Source of the DNA: an uncultured Acidobacteriota bacterium
GTDB taxonomy: Bacteria > Acidobacteriota > Thermoanaerobaculia > Multivoradales > UBA5704
Assembly (NCBI GenBank): GCA_963700145.1
Contig: OY969474.1
Span: 1,888,001-1,952,000, forward strand
Direction: 5' to 3'
DNA: 64,000 nucleotides
Position 1 is the stretch's first letter, and the number at the start of each line of letters is the position of its first letter. The notes below the pieces were generated by a model, which ran no database searches, was not told the origin of the DNA, and saw nothing but the letters and a program-made list of their open reading frames with translations. This document shows, in pieces, positions 46,361 to 55,322 of the stretch. The position numbers and the translations under genes were made by a program.

Positions 46361-47461
46361 TCAGTTGCCGGCGACCGCGGCGCGCAGCAGCCGGCGGCGG
46401 AGGCCGCGGTAGGGCTGGTTGCAGGCGAGGAGGTCGGCGAGGACGCGGCGGACGGCGGGGTGGAGGCGGCAGAGGGGCACCATCCACTGGCCGACGGGCT
46501 CCTCGAAGAAGAGCGTGCGGGCGCGGTGGGCGCGCGCCATCTCGGCGGCGAGCTCGCCCTCCAGCCGCCGCGGATAGGTCTCCGGCCGCTCCGCGAGCAG
46601 CGCTTCGGCCGCCCACTGGCCCGACAGCGCGGCGTAGCGGATCCCCTCGCGGGTGAGCGGGTCGGCCAGCGCCGCGGCGTCGCCGGCGAGGAGCACCCGC
46701 CGTTCGAGCGCGCGCCGCACCGCGGGCAGCGTCCAGGGGCCGAAGACCGGGATCGGGTAGCGGTAGCGCGGCCCGGGCAGCTCGCGCCACCCCGGCAAAT
46801 GGCGGTCGAGAAACGCGTCGAGCAGCCCGCGCGCCGCGCCCCCCGAAAGCGCCGCGTCGCTGTAGGCGATCCCCACCGAGACGCCGCCCGGGCGGGGGAA
46901 GATCCAGAGATAGCCGTCCGCCACGCCGGCGATGGCCAGCACCAACCGCCGCCAGTCGATCCCGGAAAGCGAAGCACCGAGCCCGACACTGTCTCCCTCC
47001 GGCGCCAGCCCGAGCGCCCGCCGTACCCGCCCCCGCGCCCCGTCGGCCGCGATCACCCAAGGGTAAGCCCGCCGCTCACCCCCGGCCTCGACCGCCACCG
47101 ACCCGTTCGCCCACTCCAGCCCCTCGACCCTGGCGCCGACCACCCGCGCCCCAGCCCCCACCGCCGCCGCGACCAGCGCCCCGTCCAGATCGCCCCGCCG
47201 AAAGATCCGCAGCCCCTCGACCGCCAGCTCCACCCGCCCCCCCAACCCGTTCTCGACCACGATCTCCGGATCCACCACCGAAGCCAGCCCCCCCGCCTCG
47301 AACCCCTCCAGCCGCGGCAGCAAATGCGCCGGCACCGCCCCCCCGCAAGGCTTCTCGCCCGGGCGCGACGGGCGGTAGAGGTCTACCTCCGCTCCCCCGC
47401 GCGCCAAGCGCAGGGCTGCCGCGCCGGCGGCCGGCCCCCCGCCGATTACACCCACTCTCAT
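46361..47461 (-). CDS. Geranylgeranyl reductase-family FAD oxidoreductase
   Basis: VIGGGPAAG, KPCGG, ADG, GYLWIFP, GDAAALADPLTREGI. Confidence 0.88.
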   Translation of the reverse strand: MRVGVIGGGPAAGAAALRLARGGAEVDLYRPSRPGEKPCGGAVPAHLLPRLEGFEAGGLASVVDPEIVVENGLGGRVELAVEGLRIFRRGDLDGALVAAAVGAGARVVGARVEGLEWANGSVAVEAGGERRAYPWVIAADGARGRVRRALGLAPEGDSVGLGASLSGIDWRRLVLAIAGVADGYLWIFPRPGGVSVGIAYSDAALSGGAARGLLDAFLDRHLPGWRELPGPRYRYPIPVFGPWTLPAVRRALERRVLLAGDAAALADPLTREGIRYAALSGQWAAEALLAERPETYPRRLEGELAAEMARAHRARTLFFEEPVGQWMVPLCRLHPAVRRVLADLLACNQPYRGLRRRLLRAAVAGN

Positions 47462-47476
47462 GTAAGCGATTCTAGG

Positions 47477-47515
47477 GCCGCCCCCGCCCAGATCCTTCGC
47501 TTCGCTCAGGATGAC
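47477..47515 (-). repeat. REP-like extragenic element, copy 1
   Basis: Reverse complement GTCATCCTGAGCGAAGCGAAGGATCTGGGCGGGGGCGGC; one mismatch to 61034..61072. Confidence 0.8.
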
Positions 47516-47550
47516 AAGGAGGCGACCTGAGTGGGAAGCGCGTGGGGGGA

Positions 47551-47718
47551 AGCCCGGCGGCGGGCGCTCCCCGGAGGAAGCTCTGAGCGAGCGCCTGGCA
47601 AGGCCCTCCGCAGTCCACCGCCACCCCGGCGCAAAGCGAAGCGCAGGCGCGCGCCTCAGATCCCGAAGTCCACAAAACGCGCGCGCCGGTTCCTCCGGGG
47701 AGCGCCCGCCGCCGGGCT
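47551..47718. repeat. 168-bp element with perfect 29-bp terminal inverted repeats (MITE/REPIN-like)
   Basis: AGCCCGGCGGCGGGCGCTCCCCGGAGGAA at 47551-47579 and its exact reverse complement at 47690-47718. Confidence 0.75.
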
Positions 47719-47767
47719 GGGCGGGGGCTGCGGCCGAGAAAAAAACGCCCGGCACGTAGGCCGGGCG

Positions 47768-48568
47768 CTACTCCGTCTCGGTTTCGTCCTCTTCTTCGTC
47801 GCCCTCTTCCGGCTCCTCGATCCCCAGCAGCACCACCGTCACGTTGTCGAACCCCCCGCGCGCATTCGCATCCGCCACCAACCCGCGGCAAGCCTCCTCC
47901 AACGTCCGCCCCCTCCCCAACCGCTCCCGGATGTCCTTGTCCGCCAACATCGTCGTCAACCCGTCCGAACAGAGCAGATAAAGGTCCCCCGCCTGCACCT
48001 CCACCTCCCGCACGTCCACCACCACCTCGCTCTCCCCCCCCAGTGCCCGCGTCACCACGTTCTTGAGAGGGTGCGTCCGCGCCTGGTCCTCCCGCAGGAA
48101 CCCCGCCACCACCTGCTCGTGCACCCACGTGTGGTCCTGCGTCAGCTGGTCCAGCGTGCCGTTGCGGAAGCGGTACGCCCGGCTGTCCCCGACGTGCGCC
48201 ACCGCCGCCACCGAGCCGCGGAGGAAAAACCCCACCACCGTCGTCCCCATCCCGTGCAGCGTGCGGTCGTCGCGGATCGCCCGCAGCACCTTGTCGTGCG
48301 CCAGGCGCACCGCCGTCTTGAGCAGGTTCGAGTGCCGCTGCAGCCGCGAGTCGTAGACGAACGGCCAGGTCGTGTCGTGGTCGAGCGACTTGTCGATGAA
48401 ATCGCGGATCGCGTCCACCGCGATCTGCGCCGCCACCTCGCCGTGGCTGTGCCCGCCCATGCCGTCGGCCACCACGAAAAGGCCGCGCGGGTGGTCGAGC
48501 CCGAACGTGTCCTCGTTGTGGGCCCGCGCCAGCCCCACGTCCGAGACGCCGCAGGCGCGCACCCGCAT
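47768..48568 (-). CDS. PP2C/Stp1-family Ser/Thr phosphatase
   Basis: R.HNED, VADGMGG, GMGTT, HVGDSR, LCSDGL, GGFDNVT. Confidence 0.92.
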   Translation of the reverse strand: MRVRACGVSDVGLARAHNEDTFGLDHPRGLFVVADGMGGHSHGEVAAQIAVDAIRDFIDKSLDHDTTWPFVYDSRLQRHSNLLKTAVRLAHDKVLRAIRDDRTLHGMGTTVVGFFLRGSVAAVAHVGDSRAYRFRNGTLDQLTQDHTWVHEQVVAGFLREDQARTHPLKNVVTRALGGESEVVVDVREVEVQAGDLYLLCSDGLTTMLADKDIRERLGRGRTLEEACRGLVADANARGGFDNVTVVLLGIEEPEEGDEEEDETETE

Positions 48569-49206
48569 CAGCCGGCCTTCCCGAAGATGCCGCTCGTCCG
48601 CCGCCCCCGCTTGCGCAACGCCTCCAGCGCCTCGCGCAACGCCGGCTCGTCGCCCCCCCACTCCAGCGCCTGCTCGTAGTAGCGCTCGGCGTCGGCCGCC
48701 TTCCCGCACAGCTCGGCGATGCGGCCGGCGAGCTTGAAGTAGTCGGGGTTCATCGTCTCCAACTCGCAGGCGCGGACGATCGCGGCCAACGCACGGGCGT
48801 GCCAGCGGCTCTGCTGGCTGCAGGCGAGGGCCAGGTGGTGCCAGGCCTTGGCGCTCGTCGGCTCGGCCTGCGTGGCGCGGTCGAAGTTCTCCGCCGCCTC
48901 GAGGAAGTTGCGCTCCTTGTAGGCCTTGACCCCGCGCTGCATGAACATCCGGCTGGTCTGGCGGGGGTCGGCCGACTGCTCCTGGGGGCGCGCCAGCTCG
49001 AGGTCGTGCTGGCGGCGCCGCTCGTCGTCGCTCAAGACGTTGGCGGCCTGGGTGATCTCCTGGAACTCCACCTCCGCCGCCGCCTTCGCCTCCCCGGCGA
49101 AGCGGTCGGGGTGGCGCTCGCGCGCGAGCTCGCGGAAACGCTGGCGGATCTGCTCCTCGGTCGCCGTGCGCTGCAGGCCGAGGACGGCGTAGAAATCCCT
49201 GCGCAT
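48568..49206 (-). CDS. DnaJ-domain plus TPR protein
   Basis: DFYAVLG, HPD motif, TPR-like helices; ATG 49206. Confidence 0.85.
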   Translation of the reverse strand: MRRDFYAVLGLQRTATEEQIRQRFRELARERHPDRFAGEAKAAAEVEFQEITQAANVLSDDERRRQHDLELARPQEQSADPRQTSRMFMQRGVKAYKERNFLEAAENFDRATQAEPTSAKAWHHLALACSQQSRWHARALAAIVRACELETMNPDYFKLAGRIAELCGKAADAERYYEQALEWGGDEPALREALEALRKRGRRTSGIFGKAG

Positions 49207-49217
49207 AGATCGTGGGG

Positions 49218-50222
49218 TTACTGTTGCCTCATTGTATACAAGCGCTGGGCGGCCGCACGCACGGGCGCCGTGGTGTTGCGGCTGCGGGAGAGGTCGCGCA
49301 GGTCGCGGATGTTGAGGCGCCCGATGAGCCGCAGCGCCACCCCCGCCGGGGTGCGCGGGTTCTGCACTAAAGCCTTGAGGATCGGGTACTTGGCGATCCA
49401 ATCCCGCCGCCGCCCGATCTCCATCAACACCTCCTCGGGGACCAGGCGGTTGTTGGCGATCTGCTCGATCTCGTGCTCGTCGAGGGTGTTGTGCTCCATC
49501 ACCGCCATGGCCACCAGCGGGTTGGTGTCGCGGATCAGGAAGTTGCGCAGGATGCGGGTGGCGCCGCGCGCCAGCTTGAGCCGCTCCGGCACCGGCAGGT
49601 TGCGGATCTCCCACTCGGTCAGGCCGGCCCCGCCCGCGGGCTCCGCCTCCTCGGCCGCCGCCGCAGCGGCGGCCGCCGCCGCGGCCTCCTCGGCCGCCTC
49701 CTCGGCGGTCGGTGCCGCCGCGGCGCGCGGCAGGAGGTGCTCGCGGTACTCGTCGATGCGCCGCCGGGCGTAGGGGGTGAGCCGGGGGTTCTCCTCCAGC
49801 GCCTCGAGGATCGCCGGCAGCTCGCGGATCGCGTCCTGGCGCAGCAGGAGGACCTCCTGCAGCTCCGGCCCGCAGCGGCGGGCCAAGGCGGCCAGGAGCG
49901 GGCGCGGGACGTCCCGCCGGCGCACGATGCTCTCGAGGATCTCGAAGCCGGCGGCGCGCTCGGCGAACCAGGCCAGCGTCTCCGCGTCCGCCGCCTCGGC
50001 GAGGAACGGGGCGGCGAGACGCGGATCGAGCCGCGCGAGGGCGTCGGCCGCGACGCCGGCGATCTCGGCCTCGCCGCCGCGCGCCAGGGCGACCTGGAGC
50101 GGGATCAGCTCTTCGGGAGGGAGCGGCAGGAGGCCGGCCGCCGCCAGCCGCCGGAGGTGCGGCTCCCCCCCCGCCCGCACTCGCTCGACGAGGGAGGCCT
50201 GGCTGTCGGCGGGCCCGGTCAC
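49218..50222 (-). CDS. Conserved helical-repeat hypothetical protein
   Basis: ERLKLA, LIRDTNPLVA, ALVQNPRTP; overlaps the rodZ stop. Confidence 0.75.
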   Translation of the reverse strand: MTGPADSQASLVERVRAGGEPHLRRLAAAGLLPLPPEELIPLQVALARGGEAEIAGVAADALARLDPRLAAPFLAEAADAETLAWFAERAAGFEILESIVRRRDVPRPLLAALARRCGPELQEVLLLRQDAIRELPAILEALEENPRLTPYARRRIDEYREHLLPRAAAAPTAEEAAEEAAAAAAAAAAAEEAEPAGGAGLTEWEIRNLPVPERLKLARGATRILRNFLIRDTNPLVAMAVMEHNTLDEHEIEQIANNRLVPEEVLMEIGRRRDWIAKYPILKALVQNPRTPAGVALRLIGRLNIRDLRDLSRSRNTTAPVRAAAQRLYTMRQQ

Positions 50223-51070
50223 TGCGGCAGGCGCTCGGCGGGCAACCGTGCAGCGCCGCCGGCGGCGACACGCCGCGCCATCTCGAGGTCGATCACCAGG
50301 TCCTTGACCCGGGTGTCGGTCGGCCCCCACAGGCGGAGCGGCTGGCCGTTGAGCTGCGCCTGCACGCCCTTGGCGTTGCCGAGCTCGAGCAGGATCTCTT
50401 TCTGCGCCTGGAGCTGGAGCGACTCGCCCTGGACCCGCAGCTCGGCGATCCGCCTGGTGCCGTCGATAGTCAGCTCCACCCAACACTCCTCGACGAAGTC
50501 GAGGGTCAGCTCGATCGGCGCCCGCGGCCGGTCGGGGGGCGGCGGCGGGGGCGCCGTCGTGGCGCGCGCGGTGGCCGGGGCGGCGATCGGCGGCGGCTGC
50601 TCGGCGGCCGTGCGCTCGCGCCGCCTTTCCGCCCAGTAGGCGAGCGCCGCCACTAGCCCGAGCAGGAGCAGCGCCGCCAGCGCCAGCAGCAGCATCTGCA
50701 CCAGGCTCCGCCCCCGGCCGCTGCGCTCGCGCGCCACGACCGGTTCGGCGTCGCCGGCCGGCGGCTGGTGGACGGCCAGGAAGTGGTTCACCACCTCGTC
50801 CGGAGAGAGCCCGACGTGGCGGGCGTACTCCTTCAGGAACCCCTTGGCGAAGATCGGCGCCGGGAGGATGTCGAAGCGGTCGTCCTCCATCGCTTCGAGG
50901 TAGCGGAGGCTGATCTTGGTGCGCTCGGCGATGTCGCGCAGGTCGACGCCGCGCATCTCGCGCTGGCGGCGCAGCCAGGTGCCGAAGGAGACGGGTTCGG
51001 CGTCCACGTCCTTGCCCCAGGGCGGGGGCCGGTTCTCGAACCTGGAGGAATCGCTCGGCACGCGGACCAT
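50219..51070 (-). CDS. rodZ: RodZ-like HTH/DUF4115 protein (start uncertain)
   Basis: FGTWLRRQRE, TKISLRYLEAME, FAKGFLKEYA, one TM, CWVELTIDG, LGNA. Confidence 0.8.
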   Translation of the reverse strand: MVRVPSDSSRFENRPPPWGKDVDAEPVSFGTWLRRQREMRGVDLRDIAERTKISLRYLEAMEDDRFDILPAPIFAKGFLKEYARHVGLSPDEVVNHFLAVHQPPAGDAEPVVARERSGRGRSLVQMLLLALAALLLLGLVAALAYWAERRRERTAAEQPPPIAAPATARATTAPPPPPPDRPRAPIELTLDFVEECWVELTIDGTRRIAELRVQGESLQLQAQKEILLELGNAKGVQAQLNGQPLRLWGPTDTRVKDLVIDLEMARRVAAGGAARLPAERLPQ

Positions 51071-51127
51071 GACTCTACTACCCCTCCCCCCCGGATGAAA
51101 CGGCATTTGTTATCTTGCCGCTCCGCC

Positions 51128-53197
51128 ATGACGCTTCCCCGCGCCATCCAGAGCAGCCTCGCGCGCGCCGACTACGCGGCGATCGAGGACGACTGGCTGG
51201 CCCGCCTGGGCCAGGACCCCGCCGATCTCGACTACTTCGTCGGCGTGGCGCGGGCGCTGGTCGGCACCGCCGAGGAGGAGCGCGCCCGGTTCCTCCTCGA
51301 GATGCTCGACGAGCAGCTCAAGGAGCGCGGCGCCTGGCGCCCCCGGCTCAAGCTCCTCGAGCGCGCCGGCAGCATCCTTTTCCCGCCCGAGGGGCTCCAC
51401 CCGGCGATCCTCCAGACCCTGGAGCGGCTGCACGGCGACCGCCCCAGCTTCCGCGGCCTCGCCGAGACGGTCGGGCTCCAGCGCGCCACCCACGACATCC
51501 CGAAGACCTGGGAGAAGATCGAGCGCCTGGAGACTCTCCTCGCCTTCGACATCGGGTCAGTGGTGACGATGGAGGGGAAAGGCGCCGGGCGGGTCGCCGA
51601 GGTCAACCTCGGCCTCGAGAGCTTCAAGGTGGCGTTCGAGCGCCAGACCCTGGCCGTCGGCTTCAAGGCGGCGCCCAAGCTGCTCAAGCCGCTGCCGCGG
51701 GAGCACGTCCTGCGCCGGAAGCTCGAGGAGCCCGCGGCCCTCGCCGCGCTGGCGCCGCCGGAGCTGCTGCGGGTCACTCTCCAGAGCCACGACCGGCCGC
51801 TCACCGCCGGCGAGGTGCGCGAGGCGCTGGCCGGCGTCGTGGCGGAAGCGCAGTGGACCTCCTGGTGGACGGCGGCGCGCAAACACCCGCAGGTGGTGGT
51901 GGCCGGCGCCGGCCGCCAGACCTACCGCTGGGCGGAGTCGAGCGGCGACGCCCAGACCGCGGCCTGGAGCGGCTTCGCGGCGGCCGAGCCGCGGCGGCAG
52001 CTCGAGCTGCTGCGGCGTGAGGGGGCGCGCGACCCCGAGCTGCGCCGCCGCATGGCCGAGCAACTGGCGGCGCTCGGCGACGAGGTGGCGGCCGTAGACC
52101 CCGGCCTCGCCTTCGAGATCTGGTACGCGCTCGAGAAGAGCGGCGGCGCGCCGGAAGGAGTCTCCTGGGCGCCGGAAACGATGCTCGCGGGCTCCGGGGA
52201 CCTCAAGCGCCTGCTGAGCGGCATCCAGGACCGGGCGCTGCGCGAGCGCGCCTACGCCATGGTGCGCGAGCGGCGGCCGGACTGGCCGGCGGTCTGGCGC
52301 GAGGCGCTCGGCAGCGAGACCGACCCGCGCGCCCTCGACCTCCTCGCCGACGGGCTGGCGCAGTCCGGGGACCCCGCCACCGCGCGCGAGCGGGAGCGCT
52401 TCTTCGATGCCCTCGTCACCCAGCCGCACAAGCAGCCGGCCGCCTTCACCTGGCTGGCCGAGCGGGCGGCGCGCGACGAGGTGCTGCGCACGCGCAACCC
52501 GCTCCGCCTGCTGCAGCAGATCCTGGCGTCGATGACCCGCGACGAGTTCGCGCCCTTCCGCACCCGTCTGGCCGTCCTCGCCGACTCGGGGTCCACCCTG
52601 GCGCGGCTCCTCCAGCACCTGACGGCGGAGCAGGCGCCGCAGGCCGAGGACGCGGTGCACCGCGCTCCCATGCTCCAGCCCTACCAGCGCGAGCAGCTCA
52701 CCAACGCCATCCAGCTCCGCTTCCCGGCGCAACGCAAGGAGACCGCCGTCCCGCTCTACGCCACGCGCGCGGCGATCGAGGCCAAGAGCGCCGAGCTGCA
52801 GCAGCTGATGGCGGTCGAGATCCCCGCCAACCGCAAGGCGATCGAGGAGGCGCGCGCCATGGGCGACCTGCGCGAGAACTTCGAGTACAAGGCCGCCCGC
52901 CAGCGCCACGAGTACCTGAACTCGCGGGCCGCGACGCTCAACGCCGAGCTGGCGCGCGTCCGCCCGATCGACGTGCCGCCGGGAGAAGCGTCGGAGGTGC
53001 GCATCGGCACCCGCGTGCGCCTCGACGGCGGCCGCCTCCTCACCATCCTCGGCCCCTGGGAGAGCAAGCCCGAGGAGGACGTCATCTCCTACGAATCCGA
53101 CCTGGCGAAGGAGCTCCTCGGCCGCAAGGTGGGGGACGAGGTGCGGCTCGCCGGCGCCGCCTACCGGATCAGCGCTATCGCCAGCTATGAAGGCTGA
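51128..53197 (+). CDS. greA: GreA/GreB-family factor with long N-terminal extension
   Basis: C-terminal EARAMGDLRENFEYKAA, TILGPWES, ISYES.LA..LLG. Confidence 0.85.
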   Translation: MTLPRAIQSSLARADYAAIEDDWLARLGQDPADLDYFVGVARALVGTAEEERARFLLEMLDEQLKERGAWRPRLKLLERAGSILFPPEGLHPAILQTLERLHGDRPSFRGLAETVGLQRATHDIPKTWEKIERLETLLAFDIGSVVTMEGKGAGRVAEVNLGLESFKVAFERQTLAVGFKAAPKLLKPLPREHVLRRKLEEPAALAALAPPELLRVTLQSHDRPLTAGEVREALAGVVAEAQWTSWWTAARKHPQVVVAGAGRQTYRWAESSGDAQTAAWSGFAAAEPRRQLELLRREGARDPELRRRMAEQLAALGDEVAAVDPGLAFEIWYALEKSGGAPEGVSWAPETMLAGSGDLKRLLSGIQDRALRERAYAMVRERRPDWPAVWREALGSETDPRALDLLADGLAQSGDPATARERERFFDALVTQPHKQPAAFTWLAERAARDEVLRTRNPLRLLQQILASMTRDEFAPFRTRLAVLADSGSTLARLLQHLTAEQAPQAEDAVHRAPMLQPYQREQLTNAIQLRFPAQRKETAVPLYATRAAIEAKSAELQQLMAVEIPANRKAIEEARAMGDLRENFEYKAARQRHEYLNSRAATLNAELARVRPIDVPPGEASEVRIGTRVRLDGGRLLTILGPWESKPEEDVISYESDLAKELLGRKVGDEVRLAGAAYRISAIASYEG

Positions 53198-53231
53198 GGA
53201 CCGTCGCTGACGATCACCTCGAGGGCGGTTC

Positions 53232-53999
53232 CTAGTCGTCGAGGTTCACACCACCGCTCGAGCCACTCGCGTCGAAATCCGTCAGCTTGCCGTCGACAAA
53301 GCGAAGCGTCTTGGGCGCTCCCATGCCAGGAGTTGCGGTCGAAACTCCCCAGAAGCCGATCTTCATTCCCTTGTTCTGGCGCATGGTCCAGATCTCGACC
53401 GGCTTACCCTTTTCCTCCGCTTCGCGAACACTCTCCGGAGAGCCTGTGATGTAGAACACTTGCCGCTTCGTCATGCCCTTCTGGAGCTGCCGTCGGCTGA
53501 TGGCCTCTTTGACCTCGGCTGGCCAATCCGGGTGTTCGTCTTGGAGCGGCACACGAGAGAAGGCGCGGTCGGCAGCCTTCTTGAAATCGTCCAGGCTGTG
53601 GATGCCGACGAACTTGATGACCGTGTCATTCCCGTCGGTGCTGCCGATGCCCTCGAGCTCGATTTCGACCGTGTCGTCGTCGAATTCCATCTCGTCGAGC
53701 TGCATCGTGTCGTTCGGGCCGACTCCCCAGTAGGTGCTCTGGGCGTGGTACCAGCCCGCCGAAAAACCGGTCTCACCGTCGGTGTTGATACCGGTAGGCG
53801 AGACCTCTACGAGGGGAGACATGTAGGTCCCCATCGGGTGTCTTCCTGTTGCACAAGGAACGTCAATCCTGAGATGGAGCGGACCAGCAAGGTACGCCTT
53901 GGCTTCCTTGCGTTCCGCCTTGGCAATCTGGGCGTCCAGCGGTGTGACAGCTGCCAGCCCAATGATCGCCAGAAAAGCTACCGCGAGAGGTCCACGCAT
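53232..53999 (-). CDS. Exported hypothetical protein with SmpA/BamE-like C-terminal motif
   Basis: Signal peptide; GMTKRQVFYITGSP...W...LRFVDGKL. Confidence 0.7.
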   Translation of the reverse strand: MRGPLAVAFLAIIGLAAVTPLDAQIAKAERKEAKAYLAGPLHLRIDVPCATGRHPMGTYMSPLVEVSPTGINTDGETGFSAGWYHAQSTYWGVGPNDTMQLDEMEFDDDTVEIELEGIGSTDGNDTVIKFVGIHSLDDFKKAADRAFSRVPLQDEHPDWPAEVKEAISRRQLQKGMTKRQVFYITGSPESVREAEEKGKPVEIWTMRQNKGMKIGFWGVSTATPGMGAPKTLRFVDGKLTDFDASGSSGGVNLDD

Positions 54000-54129
54000 C
54001 GTGTTCTCCTCATGATTATCGAGCTCGGATGGTTTTTTCGTATTCGGCAAGAGCCTACCGGGTCCCTGGAAGATGGGCTAATAGAGATATAGAGACCATC
54101 GATCCACGTTGACTGACGCCCGAACCGGC

Positions 54130-54170
54130 TTGACAGGACCCGATGACCGCTGTACCGTTACAGCAGTACA
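54130..54170 (+). promoter_or_regulatory. Sigma70 promoter overlapped by a GntR/YtrA-type palindromic operator
   Basis: TTGACA (54130)-N17-TACCGT (54153); TGTAC-N10-GTACA at 54151-54170. Confidence 0.7.
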
Positions 54171-54173
54171 CCG

Positions 54174-54560
54174 ATGCCGCTCCTCCGCGTAGACCCCGCC
54201 GACCCGCGTCCGATCTGGCGTCAGATCGAGGAGGGGGTGCAGAACCTCGTCGCCGCCCGGCGGCTCGCCCCCGGCGATCCCGTCCCGTCGGTCCGCGACC
54301 TGGCGCGCGAGCTCCAGGTCAACCCCGGCACGGTCGCCAAGGCCTACCAGCGGCTGGTGGACGGCGGGGTCCTGGCGGTGCGGCGCGGCGAGGGCACCTA
54401 CGTCGCCGAGGCGCCGGAGACGGGCGACGGCCAGCGGGCGCGGCGCCTCGGCGAGGGCGCGGCCCGCTACGCCAGCGTCGCCGCGACTCTCGGCGCCACC
54501 CGCGGCGAGGCGGTCGAACGCCTGCGGCAGGCCTGGACCACACTCGAGCGAGGGAGCTAA
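54174..54560 (+). CDS. GntR (YtrA-subfamily) regulator
   Basis: PIWRQI, PSVRDLARELQVNPGTVAKAY, RRGEGTYV. Confidence 0.92.
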   Translation: MPLLRVDPADPRPIWRQIEEGVQNLVAARRLAPGDPVPSVRDLARELQVNPGTVAKAYQRLVDGGVLAVRRGEGTYVAEAPETGDGQRARRLGEGAARYASVAATLGATRGEAVERLRQAWTTLERGS

Positions 54561-54563
54561 GAC

Positions 54564-55322
54564 ATGGCTGCGATCGAGCTGCGCGATCTCGGAGTGCGCT
54601 ACGGCCGCCGCACCGCGCTGGCGGAGGTCTCGCTGGCGGTGCCGGAGCGGGAGGTCTGCGCGGTCCTGGGGCGGAACGGCGCGGGCAAGACCTCGCTCGT
54701 CCGCTGCCTCCTCGGCCAGCAGCGGCCGAGCGGCGGGGAGGTCCGGCTGCTCGGGGAGGAACCCTGGCGGGCGCGGGCGCGGCTGATGGACCGGGTCGGC
54801 GTCGTGCCGGAGGTCCCGGACGCCCCGCCGGGCCTCAGCGCGAAGGAGCTCTCGACCCTCCTCCGCCGCGCCCACCGCCGCTGGGACGACGCCGCTGTGC
54901 GCGCGCGGCTGGAGCGCTTCGGCGTGCCGCTCGGCCAGCCTTTCGGGCGTCTGTCGCGCGGCCAGAAGACCCTCGTCCAGCTCGCGCTGGCGCTCGGCCA
55001 CGAGCCCGAGCTCCTGGTGCTCGACGACCCCACGCTCGGGCTCGACGCCCTCGCCCGCCGCGCCGTGCTCGAGGAGCTGGTCGGCGAGCTGGCCGACCGC
55101 GGCGTCACGGTCTTCCTGACCACCCACGACCTGCCGGGCGTCGAGCGGATCGCCGACCGCGTCGCGGTGCTGCGCGACGGGCGGCTCCTCCTCGCCGAGG
55201 AGCTCGAGCCGCTCAAGGAGCGCTACCGGCGGCGCGCCGCCTCGCCGCTCGAGGTGGTGCCGCTGACCCTCGAAGAGATCTTCGTCTCGCTGCACGACAC
55301 GCCCGCGGAGGTCCACCCATGA
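54564..55322 (+). CDS. ABC transporter ATP-binding protein
   Basis: GRNGAGKT, LSRGQ, LVLDDPTLGLD, TTH. Confidence 0.92.
   Translation: MAAIELRDLGVRYGRRTALAEVSLAVPEREVCAVLGRNGAGKTSLVRCLLGQQRPSGGEVRLLGEEPWRARARLMDRVGVVPEVPDAPPGLSAKELSTLLRRAHRRWDDAAVRARLERFGVPLGQPFGRLSRGQKTLVQLALALGHEPELLVLDDPTLGLDALARRAVLEELVGELADRGVTVFLTTHDLPGVERIADRVAVLRDGRLLLAEELEPLKERYRRRAASPLEVVPLTLEEIFVSLHDTPAEVHP

Noticed and set aside
46980-47400. Strong C/G strand skew (also at 61100-61330) as a G-quadruplex or other signal
   Set aside because: Lies inside Gly/Val/Ala/Arg-rich coding sequence and is explainable by codon choice; no discrete motif.
54143-55318. 1008-aa fusion ORF 54143..57169
   Set aside because: The first ~390 aa overlap the GntR and ABC genes out of frame; the true start is ATG 55319.
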